Source: Nitrososphaerota archaeon (lineage in GTDB: Archaea > Thermoproteota > Nitrososphaeria > Nitrososphaerales > JACPRH01). Taken from it: 64,000 nt of DNA. Both the position numbers and the translations under genes were made by a program. The stretch spans positions 19,977-83,976 of the forward strand of contig JAMCPI010000017.1 in assembly GCA_023379805.1 (NCBI GenBank), written 5' to 3'. Below the pieces are notes generated by a model. It was not told the DNA's origin and did no database searches. It was given only the letters and a program-made list of their open reading frames with translations. The stretch's first letter is position 1; each line of letters opens with the position of its first letter. Below, piece after piece: positions 9,086-17,011 of this stretch.

Positions 9086-9123
9086 CCATTAGAGAGAGCG
9101 GAGAAGGAAGGATCCTTTAACGG

Positions 9124-10020
9124 TTGGCTAACAACAGCAAAAACAAGAACCAAGGCAAGTTGCAGGTGGCTTTTCAAGGCGAGAGAGGCGCCTACAGCGA
9201 AGAAGCCGTCCTCACCTACTTCCCACCGGAGCAGGTGGTCGTCAAACCCTGCAGAACCCTTTACGACACCTTCGAAGCCTTACAGAAACATAAGGTGGAC
9301 TACGCGGTCGTCCCGGTAGAAAACAGTCTAGAGGGCAGCATAAACGAAACCTATGATCTTCTCTTGGAGTCACCGTTGAAGGTGTGCGGCGAAATTCATC
9401 TCCGTGTCAGACACAGCCTGATCGGAAGGCCAGACGCGAAGCTCAGCGACATCAAAACAGCCTATTCACACCCGCAGGCCTTGGCGCAGTGCAGAGCACA
9501 TCTCCGGGAACTAGGCGTAAAACCAGTCGCTTTCTACGACACCGCAGGCAGCGTCAAAAGCCTTCGGCGAAGAAGATCAAAGTGTATAGCGGCAATCGCG
9601 AGCAAAAGAGCTGCAGAAATCTACGGCATGAAAATCCTAAGGGAAGGTATCGAAGACAACCAAAACAACTACACAAGATTCTTCATACTCGGCTTCAAAG
9701 ACGCAGAACCAACAGGCGAAGACAAAACCTCAATCGTCTTCTCAGCGAAACACGTCCCAGGCGCGCTCTACAAAGCCCTCAAAGAATTCGCAGACAGAAA
9801 CATCAACCTAACCAAAATCGAATCCAGACCCACCCGGCAAAAACTCTGGGAATACAACTTCTACCTAGACTTCGAAGGACACCGCACAGACCCCAAATGC
9901 AAACAAGCCCTTCAAGCTCTAAGCCAAAAACAAATGCTCACAAAAATCCTAGGCTCTTACCCCAAAGCAAAACAACAACCAAACAACCATCAAAACAACA
10001 ACGGTAGTAAAAACCTCTGA
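9124..10020 (+). CDS. pheA: Prephenate dehydratase
   Basis: VAFQGERGAYSEEA, VPVENSLEGSI, SHPQALAQC and NYTRF belong to the PDT domain. GALYKAL...NINLTKIESRP belongs to the ACT domain. TTG start. Confidence 0.9.
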   Translation: MANNSKNKNQGKLQVAFQGERGAYSEEAVLTYFPPEQVVVKPCRTLYDTFEALQKHKVDYAVVPVENSLEGSINETYDLLLESPLKVCGEIHLRVRHSLIGRPDAKLSDIKTAYSHPQALAQCRAHLRELGVKPVAFYDTAGSVKSLRRRRSKCIAAIASKRAAEIYGMKILREGIEDNQNNYTRFFILGFKDAEPTGEDKTSIVFSAKHVPGALYKALKEFADRNINLTKIESRPTRQKLWEYNFYLDFEGHRTDPKCKQALQALSQKQMLTKILGSYPKAKQQPNNHQNNNGSKNL

Positions 10021-10037
10021 AAAATAACGAAAGGTAA

Positions 10038-10475
10038 TCACTCGATTAAGTAATCGCTTAACGAAGTGACAAGATGGGTATCCTTAGCTTTCGTATTTAG
10101 ATCGTCGTCCGCCGTAACCAATTTGCATCCGATATCCTCGGCTAGCTCTAGGTAAATTGCATCGTAGACCGTTATACCTAGTCTCTTGGCTGTTAACGTG
10201 GCCTTTGCGGTGGATTTAGATGACGGAGCGATGAAGGCTATGTCAAGTTGAAACAGCGCCTCAATATTACGTTCAAGGTCAACTTCAGTTATGTCTGATC
10301 TGTAGCGTAATGCATTGGCAACTTCGTAAATTATTAGCGCAGGTGCATAAAGCGTTAATCTACCCTCGATATGCTGATCTCTCAGAGTTAAAGCATCTTC
10401 AGAGTCCTGTTCAGGGACAAACCATTTTACCGCTACTGAAGCGTCAAGGACTAGGCTCTGCGACTCTGACGCCAT
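10038..10475 (-). CDS. vapC: PIN-domain ribonuclease toxin VapC
   Basis: 145 aa. It shows LVLDASVAVKW (the first acidic PIN residue), then ...YEVANAL..., then ...YDAIYLELA...LVTADDDL. Confidence 0.85.
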   Translation of the reverse strand: MASESQSLVLDASVAVKWFVPEQDSEDALTLRDQHIEGRLTLYAPALIIYEVANALRYRSDITEVDLERNIEALFQLDIAFIAPSSKSTAKATLTAKRLGITVYDAIYLELAEDIGCKLVTADDDLNTKAKDTHLVTSLSDYLIE

Positions 10476-10735
10476 TTCCGAATTACCTTGACGCTGGACC
10501 AGTCCTCAACCCGTTTAAGCTTCGCCCTATTACTGTCTATGACTTCGGCCGCCGTCTTCATCCTATCAATGTCGCGTATTCTTTTCTGATTTAGGCGTCC
10601 TCCTCCTTGTTGAGCCCAAGCCTTGAAGGCCATAGAGGCAGCTTGCCCTATCTTCAATCCCTCCTTGGACGCTCTGGACTTTAGTCTCCTGTAAGCCTCC
10701 TCGTCAACACCCTTTATCACTACATTCTCGCCCAA
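10451..10735 (-). CDS. vapB: RHH-type antitoxin (VapB-like), cognate to VapC 10038-10475
   Basis: This is the C-terminal 94 codons of the 196-aa track ORF. The reading ENVVIKGVDEEAYRRLKSRASKEGLKIGQAASMAFKAWA is a ribbon-helix-helix pattern. It overlaps vapC by 25 nt. The proposed internal TTG (10735) or GTG (10720) start is not proven. Confidence 0.5.
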   Translation of the reverse strand: MGENVVIKGVDEEAYRRLKSRASKEGLKIGQAASMAFKAWAQQGGGRLNQKRIRDIDRMKTAAEVIDSNRAKLKRVEDWSSVKVIRKWRQSRRA

Positions 10736-11041
10736 CGTCTGTGACCATGTGAAAACCGGCGCCTCAAGGTATAAAAAGTTATACTTCGCCGGTAGCTCGT
10801 AGCATAATGTTTTCTCGGCTGATTCTGAACGTGGATCGACGGGCCAAAACAGGAACAATTCGGACTCAAAGGGAATTATGTTACAATCTAGTCTTCCTTC
10901 TCCTTTGCCTTTTTTGAGAAGGTGGTACGCGAACTCCATTAGTGTGACGCTAGACATGTATTTCTCTGCATCCTCGATGTTTTTGAGCCACTTTAGAAAC
11001 TCCGGCTCAGAGAGAACATTGGTGTCAAGGAGTAATTTCAA
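10736..11041 (-). pseudogene. N-terminal PIN-domain fragment fused in-frame to the vapB-like ORF
   Basis: MKLLLDTNVLSE...SSVTLMEFAYHLLKK...IIPFESELF looks like the first half of a PIN domain. The distal acidic residues are missing, and the frame runs straight into the RHH segment. Confidence 0.4.
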
Positions 11042-11059
11042 CGATAATTCCTTCGAATC

Positions 11060-11431
11060 CTATCGAGTCTTTTTTACAGCGTGGGCGAATCCTTTTCTGC
11101 TCTCTTTCACCGTTTCTTCGATGTCTTCGCAGAGACCGGCTATTTCTTTAATGAACTCGTCCTCTTTCATAACTACGAATTTTCCCCGGGGTTCTTCAAA
11201 AAAGACTATTTTGTCCCCAGGCTTTATCTTGAGCTTCTTTCTAACCTCTTTCGGAATAGTCGCCTGGTACTTCTGCGTCACAGTTGACATATTACTCATT
11301 ACCTCTTTCAATCGGGTCTTTTCTTCAGCGGGCTCAGACTTCCTCAAAATTACTCTGTCGCCCTCAAGTTCGAAAACAACCCTTGAGCCCGGATAAATCC
11401 TAAGCGCCTCTCTAAACACTTTGGGAATCAC
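11060..11431 (-). CDS. AbrB/SpoVT-family antitoxin with two swapped-hairpin domains
   Basis: There are two repeats of the motif: VIPKVFREALRIYPGSRVVFELEGDRVILRK and ATIPKEVRKKLKIKPGDKIVFFEEPRGKFVVMK. GTG start. It lies directly upstream of the PIN fragment. Confidence 0.7.
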   Translation of the reverse strand: MIPKVFREALRIYPGSRVVFELEGDRVILRKSEPAEEKTRLKEVMSNMSTVTQKYQATIPKEVRKKLKIKPGDKIVFFEEPRGKFVVMKEDEFIKEIAGLCEDIEETVKESRKGFAHAVKKTR

Positions 11432-11646
11432 GACCTGTCCCTTAGGCCCACATTCCTCTTCTCTTCAACCAAATACGTAAGACTCCAAGTTGACCAAAAG
11501 CATAACCCCGGATTTATATCTTGACACAACAAGTTCTAACATTCTTAGGGAACAAGTCCAAGTAAACAAACAGCAAACAAGCTAGCCTAACTTAGCTTAG
11601 CTAAATCTAGATTAGATTAACCTGTGTTGACAAGATTGATTAGAAC

Positions 11647-11817
11647 ATGCCGGATAGATGCAAGATCTGCGGCGAGCGGGTTGAGACTAACCATGAAGCT
11701 CACCTAAGACGTGTACACGGTATATACGACATCAAACTAGCAGTCGACCAATACTTCGAGCGGACATCATCATCAACCAAGCCTTACCGCCTTAAAGAAA
11801 CCAAGCTTCAGCACTAG
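11647..11817 (+). CDS. Small C2H2-type zinc-finger protein (56 aa; below the ORF-track cutoff)
   Basis: The ATG at 11647 gives MPDRCKICGERVETNHEAHLRRVHGIYD... (C-x2-C-x10-H-x4-H). The stop is TAG 11815-11817. Confidence 0.45.
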   Translation: MPDRCKICGERVETNHEAHLRRVHGIYDIKLAVDQYFERTSSSTKPYRLKETKLQH

Positions 11818-12067
11818 TTAGTTCACTCACCAACTATACACTGGCGCGCAACCGCTCGAACCGGAACAGTAGTAGCAACAGCGACCACGAAAATACCGGC
11901 TGTCAAGAGTATAGCCTCTCACAACTTAACTTGATTAAACTCAACTTAATCTAACTGAAAAATAACCTTCCAACAACATATCTTACAAAGCGTCATCACA
12001 CCTAATCAAATCTCTATAAAAACCAATATAATTTTTGAGTTAACATCCCATCACATAATAAAAAACG

Positions 12068-12100
12068 GTTGTATGGAGGCCGTCTTACCGTACTTTATAT
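12068..12100 (+). promoter_or_regulatory. Class I promoter box + TATA (paralog 1)
   Basis: GTTGTATGGAGGCCGTCTTACCGTACTTTATAT. 25 of 33 positions are invariant with 14478-14510 and 16954-16986. It ends 26 nt before ATG 12126. Confidence 0.6.
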
Positions 12101-12125
12101 CTTTTCAAAATACAGCGTCTATGAA

Positions 12126-14372
12126 ATGTTAGGTCATAAACTAACTCTATATATTGTACTAACCACTCTCTGCTTCAGCGCCTTTATTCCAGCGCTGGTA
12201 TACGCAGCACCACTAGGAATCACCGCTAAAGACTGGGAGCACACCAACGGCGGCTCATGGGCAGGCAACTACAGCCCACAAACCACCATCACCAAAGACA
12301 ACGTGAACAACCTCGAAGTGAAATGGATCTTTCCCGTCTCACAAAGGGCGCTTGGTCCGAAAGGCATCCAAGGTACAGGTCTCATCGAAGGAGCCAACAC
12401 TCCTCCGATTGTGAGAAACGGCAAGGTCTACGCCCAGACCAACTGGCTAAGACTCTACTCACTGGACGCAGCTTCAGGCAAACTGCTCTGGATGTACGAC
12501 TACTCCGCAAACGTCACCGCACTAACCACAAGGGATCCAGTCGTCATCGGCGGCAGCACCCATTCACACGGCTTCAGATACTGGGAGGCAGGCAACATGA
12601 TTCTGCAAGGCGGCCCACTCTGCGACTTCTACGGAGTCGACGCGGACACCGGCAAGCAGAAGTTCTACGTAGCAGATCTCTGCAACAACATTCCGGGAAG
12701 CATCTACAAGTACGTATCAATCATACCTGGCGGCGGACACGAAATCGCCACCTACGAGAAGGGTAAGCAGTTCATCATCTACTTCCCCGGCGGACGCGGC
12801 GGCGCAATTCTCGCAGGCAGAGCATTCGTCGCAGGAATCAACATGGACAACTACCAAACAGCGTGGCGGGTCTACCTGAACCCGCCTTACGACAAAGCAG
12901 AACCCGACTGGGCACTACAATACTGTGATGTAGGCTACTTCCCATACGGCGTATCCTGCAGTGACGTAGTCAAAATGTTTGGACAAGACGCCCTCAAGTA
13001 CGACTGGCAGAAGGAGCCGGGTAAGCCAATGAACGGCTTCAACGGCGTAAGCAGCGGCTGGGGTCAACCAGTAGTCGACGAAGACACAGGAACAGTCTAC
13101 ATCCCAAGTACAGGGAACCAAAGCCCCTACACAAACGTAACATTCAGGCCCGGACCGAACCTCTACGGAAGCACGATCTTAGCAATCGATCTGAACAAGG
13201 GCTCAATAAAATGGTGGCTACAACCACTTTCACACGATCCTTGGGACTATGACTGCAACTGGGGAGGCATCCTCGCAGACGTCCCAGGAACAGGCAAAGT
13301 CTTCGCCAAAGGCTGCAAAGAAGGCATCCTCTACGTAATGAACGCTGCAACCGGCAAACCGGTCTACTGGGTCGACATCATGAAAGACAACCCGCAACCA
13401 ATGGGAAAGAGAACCATAGAAGTACCTGACCCAAGCACCACCACACCTAAAGTCTTGTACAAGGACTCAACAGGAAAAGAATACAGCTACACCTTCGCCG
13501 AATGGATAAAGCTACCTTGGCCAGGATACCCAGACAACCCACAGATCCCTATGAACCCGATAATACTCAACGGCGCATTCCAAATCGACATGTCCTATGA
13601 CCCAGCCACCCAAACACTCTTCCACTACTACGCGTCAGGTGGACAAAGCATACTGAAGCAGAACCCGATCATCGAAGGAAAAGGCATCTGGAGCTCCAAA
13701 ACCGACAACCCACACAACACTACAATCGTAGCCCGAGACATAACAACAGGCAAAATCAAATGGGAGATACCCCCACTACCCTACAACGTCAGAGGACACC
13801 TACTCATAACAGGCGGAATGGTAGTCAGCCCATTGACAGACGGCTACATCCGATTCTACGACGAATCCACCGGCAAAACCCTACGTGAAATGAACCTCGG
13901 CTCCACACTCGTAACCGGAGTCACCACCGGACAAGACTCTAAAGGAGACCAGAAGATATTCGGCATCATCGGACAAACCACACAGATAGGCATAGTCGAA
14001 CCAGGCACCGTATTCGCACTCGGCCTATCCAGCAACAACGCAGGAGGCGGCGCAACCCCACAAACAACCACAGTCACCACAACCGCAACCACCACAACCA
14101 CAACAGTAAGCACCTCAGCTACAACAGTCACAACAACTGCACCGGCTAAAACCGTAACCACGACAAGCGCCACAACCGTCACCGCAACACAATCAGCTCA
14201 AACACAGACAAAGACTACAACAATCACCTCAAGCGCACCAGCACAAACCACCACCGTAACATCATCAATCACACAAAACACCGGACTACCATCGGAAGTC
14301 ACCTACGGAGCGGTCGGAGTAGCAGTAATAGCTCTGATTGCAGCTGCAGCACTGGCGATGCGGAAAAAGTAG
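12126..14372 (+). CDS. Secreted PQQ-dehydrogenase-like beta-propeller, Thr-rich stalk, C-terminal TM anchor (paralog 1, most divergent)
   Basis: The start is moved from 12069 to ATG 12126, because 12068-12100 is the promoter box shared with paralogs 2 and 3. The signal peptide ends ...FIPALVYAAP. Motifs present: NYSPQTTITKDNVNNLEVKWIFP, HGFRYWE, TGNQSPYTNVTFRPGPNLYGSTILAIDLNKGSIKWWLQPLSHDPWDYDCNW. The tail is GLPSEVTYGAVGVAVIALIAAAALAMRKK. Confidence 0.85.
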   Translation: MLGHKLTLYIVLTTLCFSAFIPALVYAAPLGITAKDWEHTNGGSWAGNYSPQTTITKDNVNNLEVKWIFPVSQRALGPKGIQGTGLIEGANTPPIVRNGKVYAQTNWLRLYSLDAASGKLLWMYDYSANVTALTTRDPVVIGGSTHSHGFRYWEAGNMILQGGPLCDFYGVDADTGKQKFYVADLCNNIPGSIYKYVSIIPGGGHEIATYEKGKQFIIYFPGGRGGAILAGRAFVAGINMDNYQTAWRVYLNPPYDKAEPDWALQYCDVGYFPYGVSCSDVVKMFGQDALKYDWQKEPGKPMNGFNGVSSGWGQPVVDEDTGTVYIPSTGNQSPYTNVTFRPGPNLYGSTILAIDLNKGSIKWWLQPLSHDPWDYDCNWGGILADVPGTGKVFAKGCKEGILYVMNAATGKPVYWVDIMKDNPQPMGKRTIEVPDPSTTTPKVLYKDSTGKEYSYTFAEWIKLPWPGYPDNPQIPMNPIILNGAFQIDMSYDPATQTLFHYYASGGQSILKQNPIIEGKGIWSSKTDNPHNTTIVARDITTGKIKWEIPPLPYNVRGHLLITGGMVVSPLTDGYIRFYDESTGKTLREMNLGSTLVTGVTTGQDSKGDQKIFGIIGQTTQIGIVEPGTVFALGLSSNNAGGGATPQTTTVTTTATTTTTTVSTSATTVTTTAPAKTVTTTSATTVTATQSAQTQTKTTTITSSAPAQTTTVTSSITQNTGLPSEVTYGAVGVAVIALIAAAALAMRKK

Positions 14373-14390
14373 GAGATACCAATCGCAGTA

Positions 14391-14427
14391 GACGATCCTG
14401 AACAAGGATCGTCCTCTCGCATTTTTT
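14391..14427 (+). terminator. Conserved hairpin + T-tract (paralog 1)
   Basis: GACGATCCT (14391-14399), loop gaaca, AGGATCGTC (14405-14413), then TTTTTT at 14422-14427. Confidence 0.6.
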
Positions 14428-14477
14428 ATCACTCCCAACTCAATAGCTGCTCAAGGCTTCTTTAGAGCAGGCAAATA

Positions 14478-14510
14478 GTCGTATGGAGACCATCTTACCC
14501 CACCTTATAA
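14478..14510 (+). promoter_or_regulatory. Class I promoter box + TATA (paralog 2)
   Basis: GTCGTATGGAGACCATCTTACCCCACCTTATAA. It contains ATGG-aga-CCAT dyad symmetry and ends 28 nt before ATG 14538. Confidence 0.6.
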
Positions 14511-14537
14511 CGAACTAAAAGAACCAAAAACCTGAAG

Positions 14538-16840
14538 ATGTTATCGAGCAAATATTGGATAACTAACTGTATATTACTTACCGTACTAACATTCAGCACA
14601 TTCGCACCTATACTAGCATACGCAGCACCCCTAGCAACTTCTGACAAGAACTGGCTGAACATGAACGGGAACACCTGGGCATGGAACTACAGCCCGGAGA
14701 CACAGATCAACAAGGATAACGTGAAGAACCTTGAAGTGAAATGGATATTCCCAATAACTAGCATAGCTCAAGCTGGCCCGAAAGGCTATGTATCACTTCA
14801 GCCTGGAGACGGTTCAAGCACACCGCCTATCGTCAGAAACGGCAAAGTCTACATCACGACCAATTACCAGATGATTATTGCACTAGACGGTAAAACAGGC
14901 AAGCAGCTGTGGAAAAACAGCTACGACATAAACCTCACTCAAGCAGTTCAGCGACTACCCTTAACCCCCGCAACCTTCGGCGGAGTACACAACCACGGCT
15001 TCAGATACTGGGAAACCGGAAACGCGCTCATCAACCGCGGCATAGCATGCGACTTCTACGGAGTTGACGCGGACACCGGCAAAACATCATTCTGGGTCCA
15101 AGACCTATGCAAAGACATCCCAGGCAACCTATACAAGTACAACACCGTCTACGCAGGCGCCAAATCCGGCAGCGTCGGAATATACGAGAAAGGTCACCAG
15201 TTCATCTACGTACTCTCAGGCGCAGTACACTCAAGCCTCTCACCCGCAGGCGATGGAAGACATGTCACAATGGGCATCGACACTACAACAAAGAACGTCA
15301 TATGGAGAGTCTTCAGCGCCCCACCCCAAGACGTTCCAACCAAGGACTGGGCACTCCAAGAATGCAGCATAGGATACTTCCAGACACACCCATGCAGCGA
15401 TGTAGCAGCCAAGAACCGAGCCGGGTTAGAATGGGACTGGGCATTACCCGACGCAGCACCAGTCAAGTGGGCTGGCGTAACCGCTAACTGGGGCCAGCTT
15501 GTCGTCGACGAAGACACCGGAATAGTCTACACTAATACAGGCAACCAGGGACCATACTCAAACATGTCAATGACACCTGGACCAAGACTCTACGGTTCAA
15601 CCATAATGGCCATCGACGTGAACGCAGGCAAACGCATATGGTGGCTACAACCCTTCCCACATGATCCCTATGATTATGACTGCAACTGGAGCGGAATACT
15701 AGCTGATGTTAAGGGCTAGGTAAAGTCTACATGAAGGGATGCAAGGAAGGCATTCTGTATGCAATGGACGCTAAGACAGGTAAGCCGGTGTGGACAGCGG
15801 ACGTAGTAAAGGAACAGGTAACATGGGGACAGATCCAAGCTGCCGCAGCCGAACCCCAGCCGAAAGGCATCCGGGCATATCAGCCAGATCCATATAGCTT
15901 CCACGATATGCGTGAGTGGAACTGGATCAGCTACCCAGCCGCAGCCCCAGGCCAAGCCGGCGAGCGCTGCAACCTTCCCTGCGGTCTATATCCGCACTGG
16001 TCAAACGGACTCTTCGGAACAGACCTCTCATACGATCCGGATACCAACACGCTATTCCAATACGCATCTGGACAACAGGTAGCCTTGCTTAAAGAATTCG
16101 GAATGAAGGATGGCGCAAGCCTCATGAGCACCAAAGGATACTCAATATCTAACTCAACCATAGTAGCCCGCGACGCAGCCACTGGCAACGTCAAGTGGAC
16201 ATGGTTCTACAAGTTCAGCACCCAGCGCAGCCACCTAGTTGTAACCAGTGACATGCTTCTTACAGGCTTCACAGACGGCTACATGCGCTTCTTCGACAAA
16301 AGCTCAGGCAAACTCCTCCGCGAAATGAACATCGGCACCCACATGGTGAACGGCTTCACCACAGGCCAAGACTCAGACGGCAAACAGAAACTATTCGGAG
16401 TTATAGGAGTAGGGGACGCAACCGCAGCCCGAGTATATCCAAGCCCAACAGCAGGAGGTGCAGTAATCGCACTAGGACTCTCAGAAACAGCCGGAGGCGG
16501 CGCAGCCCAAACCACCACAGTCACAACCACCTCAGCCACAACAATCACAACCGCAACCACCAGCACCATAACTACAACATCAGCCACAACAGTTACCAGC
16601 GCAACCACTAACACCGTAACCACAACAAGCGCCACAACCGTCACAGCAACACAATCAGCTCAAACACAAACTAAGACAACCACCGCAACGGTTACCTCCA
16701 ATGCGCCAGCTCAAACCACAACAGTAACCTCACAGGTCACTCAAACCACCGGACTACCCTCAGAAGTCACCTATGCAGCAGTCGGCATAGCTGTAATAGC
16801 TATCGCAGGCGCAGCATTCCTAGCAATGCGGAAGAAGTAG
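14538..16840 (+). pseudogene. PQQ-dehydrogenase-like paralog 2, interrupted by a 1-nt frameshift in a G-run
   Basis: ORFs 14538-15719 and 15731-16840 are the N- and C-halves of one paralog. At 15711-15722, aagGGGctaggt has three Gs. A fourth G would read K-G-L-G-K-V-Y-M-K-G-C-K-E-G, matching the family consensus. This could be a true pseudogene, a sequencing error or a slippage site. Confidence 0.6.
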
Positions 16841-16861
16841 ATAGAAACAACAGTAGAAGAA

Positions 16862-16898
16862 GACGATCCTTACAAAGGATCGTCACTTCAAATTTTTT
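16862..16898 (+). terminator. Conserved hairpin + T-tract (paralog 2)
   Basis: GACGATCCT (16862-16870) pairs with AGGATCGTC (16876-16884), followed by TTTTTT at 16893-16898. Confidence 0.6.
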
Positions 16899-16953
16899 CT
16901 CTGCCTAATAAAAGAGATTGTTCGATTTAAGTAGAATCATTTTAAATTATTTG

Positions 16954-16986
16954 GTCGTATGGATACCGTCTTACCCTACCTTATAA
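16954..16986 (+). promoter_or_regulatory. Class I promoter box + TATA (paralog 3)
   Basis: GTCGTATGGATACCGTCTTACCCTACCTTATAA. It ends 26 nt before ATG 17012. Confidence 0.6.
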
Positions 16987-17011
16987 CCCGCGAACCGAAG
17001 CACTGCTCGAA

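Noticed and set aside
9384-10007. 207-aa alternative-frame ORF within pheA.
   Set aside because: The product is Arg/Lys/Gln-rich low-complexity sequence. The pheA frame carries clear PDT and ACT motifs.
10451-11041. The 196-aa track ORF treated as one ordinary gene.
   Set aside because: Its two halves look like unrelated modules (a PIN N-terminal half and an RHH antitoxin). It is split into a pseudogene fragment plus a vapB-like CDS, with the alternative noted.
12069-12125. N-terminal extensions given by the ORF track for paralogs 1, 6 and 7 (starts at 12069, 25375, 27931).
   Set aside because: The extensions would translate through the conserved promoter/TATA elements and add non-signal-peptide sequence. 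Internal ATGs (12126, 25456, 27949) give canonical signal peptides at conserved promoter spacing.
12257-12766. Long alternative-frame ORFs inside the PQQ-like genes on the same strand. Examples are 12257-12766, 15064-15372, 15107-15487, 17149-17394, 18667-18912, 24488-24727 and 47129-47317.
   Set aside because: Their products are Arg/Gln/His/Thr-rich low-complexity strings with no motifs. They are fully embedded in strongly motif-supported frames and look like a by-product of stop-poor codon usage in the A/C-rich coding strand.
13856-14182. Antisense Val-rich ORFs opposite the Thr-rich stalk regions (13856-14182, 16279-16644, 18823-19008, 21990-22328, 24668-24871, 27252-27503).
   Set aside because: ACN (Thr) codon runs read as NGT (Val, Gly and similar) on the complement and lack stops. 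This is a compositional artefact.
14040-14290. Repetitive ACA/ACC-rich stretches at the 3' ends of the paralogs, considered as a possible tandem repeat or CRISPR-like array.
   Set aside because: There is no regular repeat-spacer periodicity. The stretches are in-frame Thr/Ser/Ala/Gln low-complexity coding linkers.
15540-15580. The invariant N-x-S/T in YSN[MV][ST] of all paralogs, considered as a conserved N-glycosylation sequon.
   Set aside because: This Asn aligns with the metal-ligand Asn of MDH, where the sequence is also N-E-T (GNPAPWNET). Conservation is explained by the active site and not by glycosylation.
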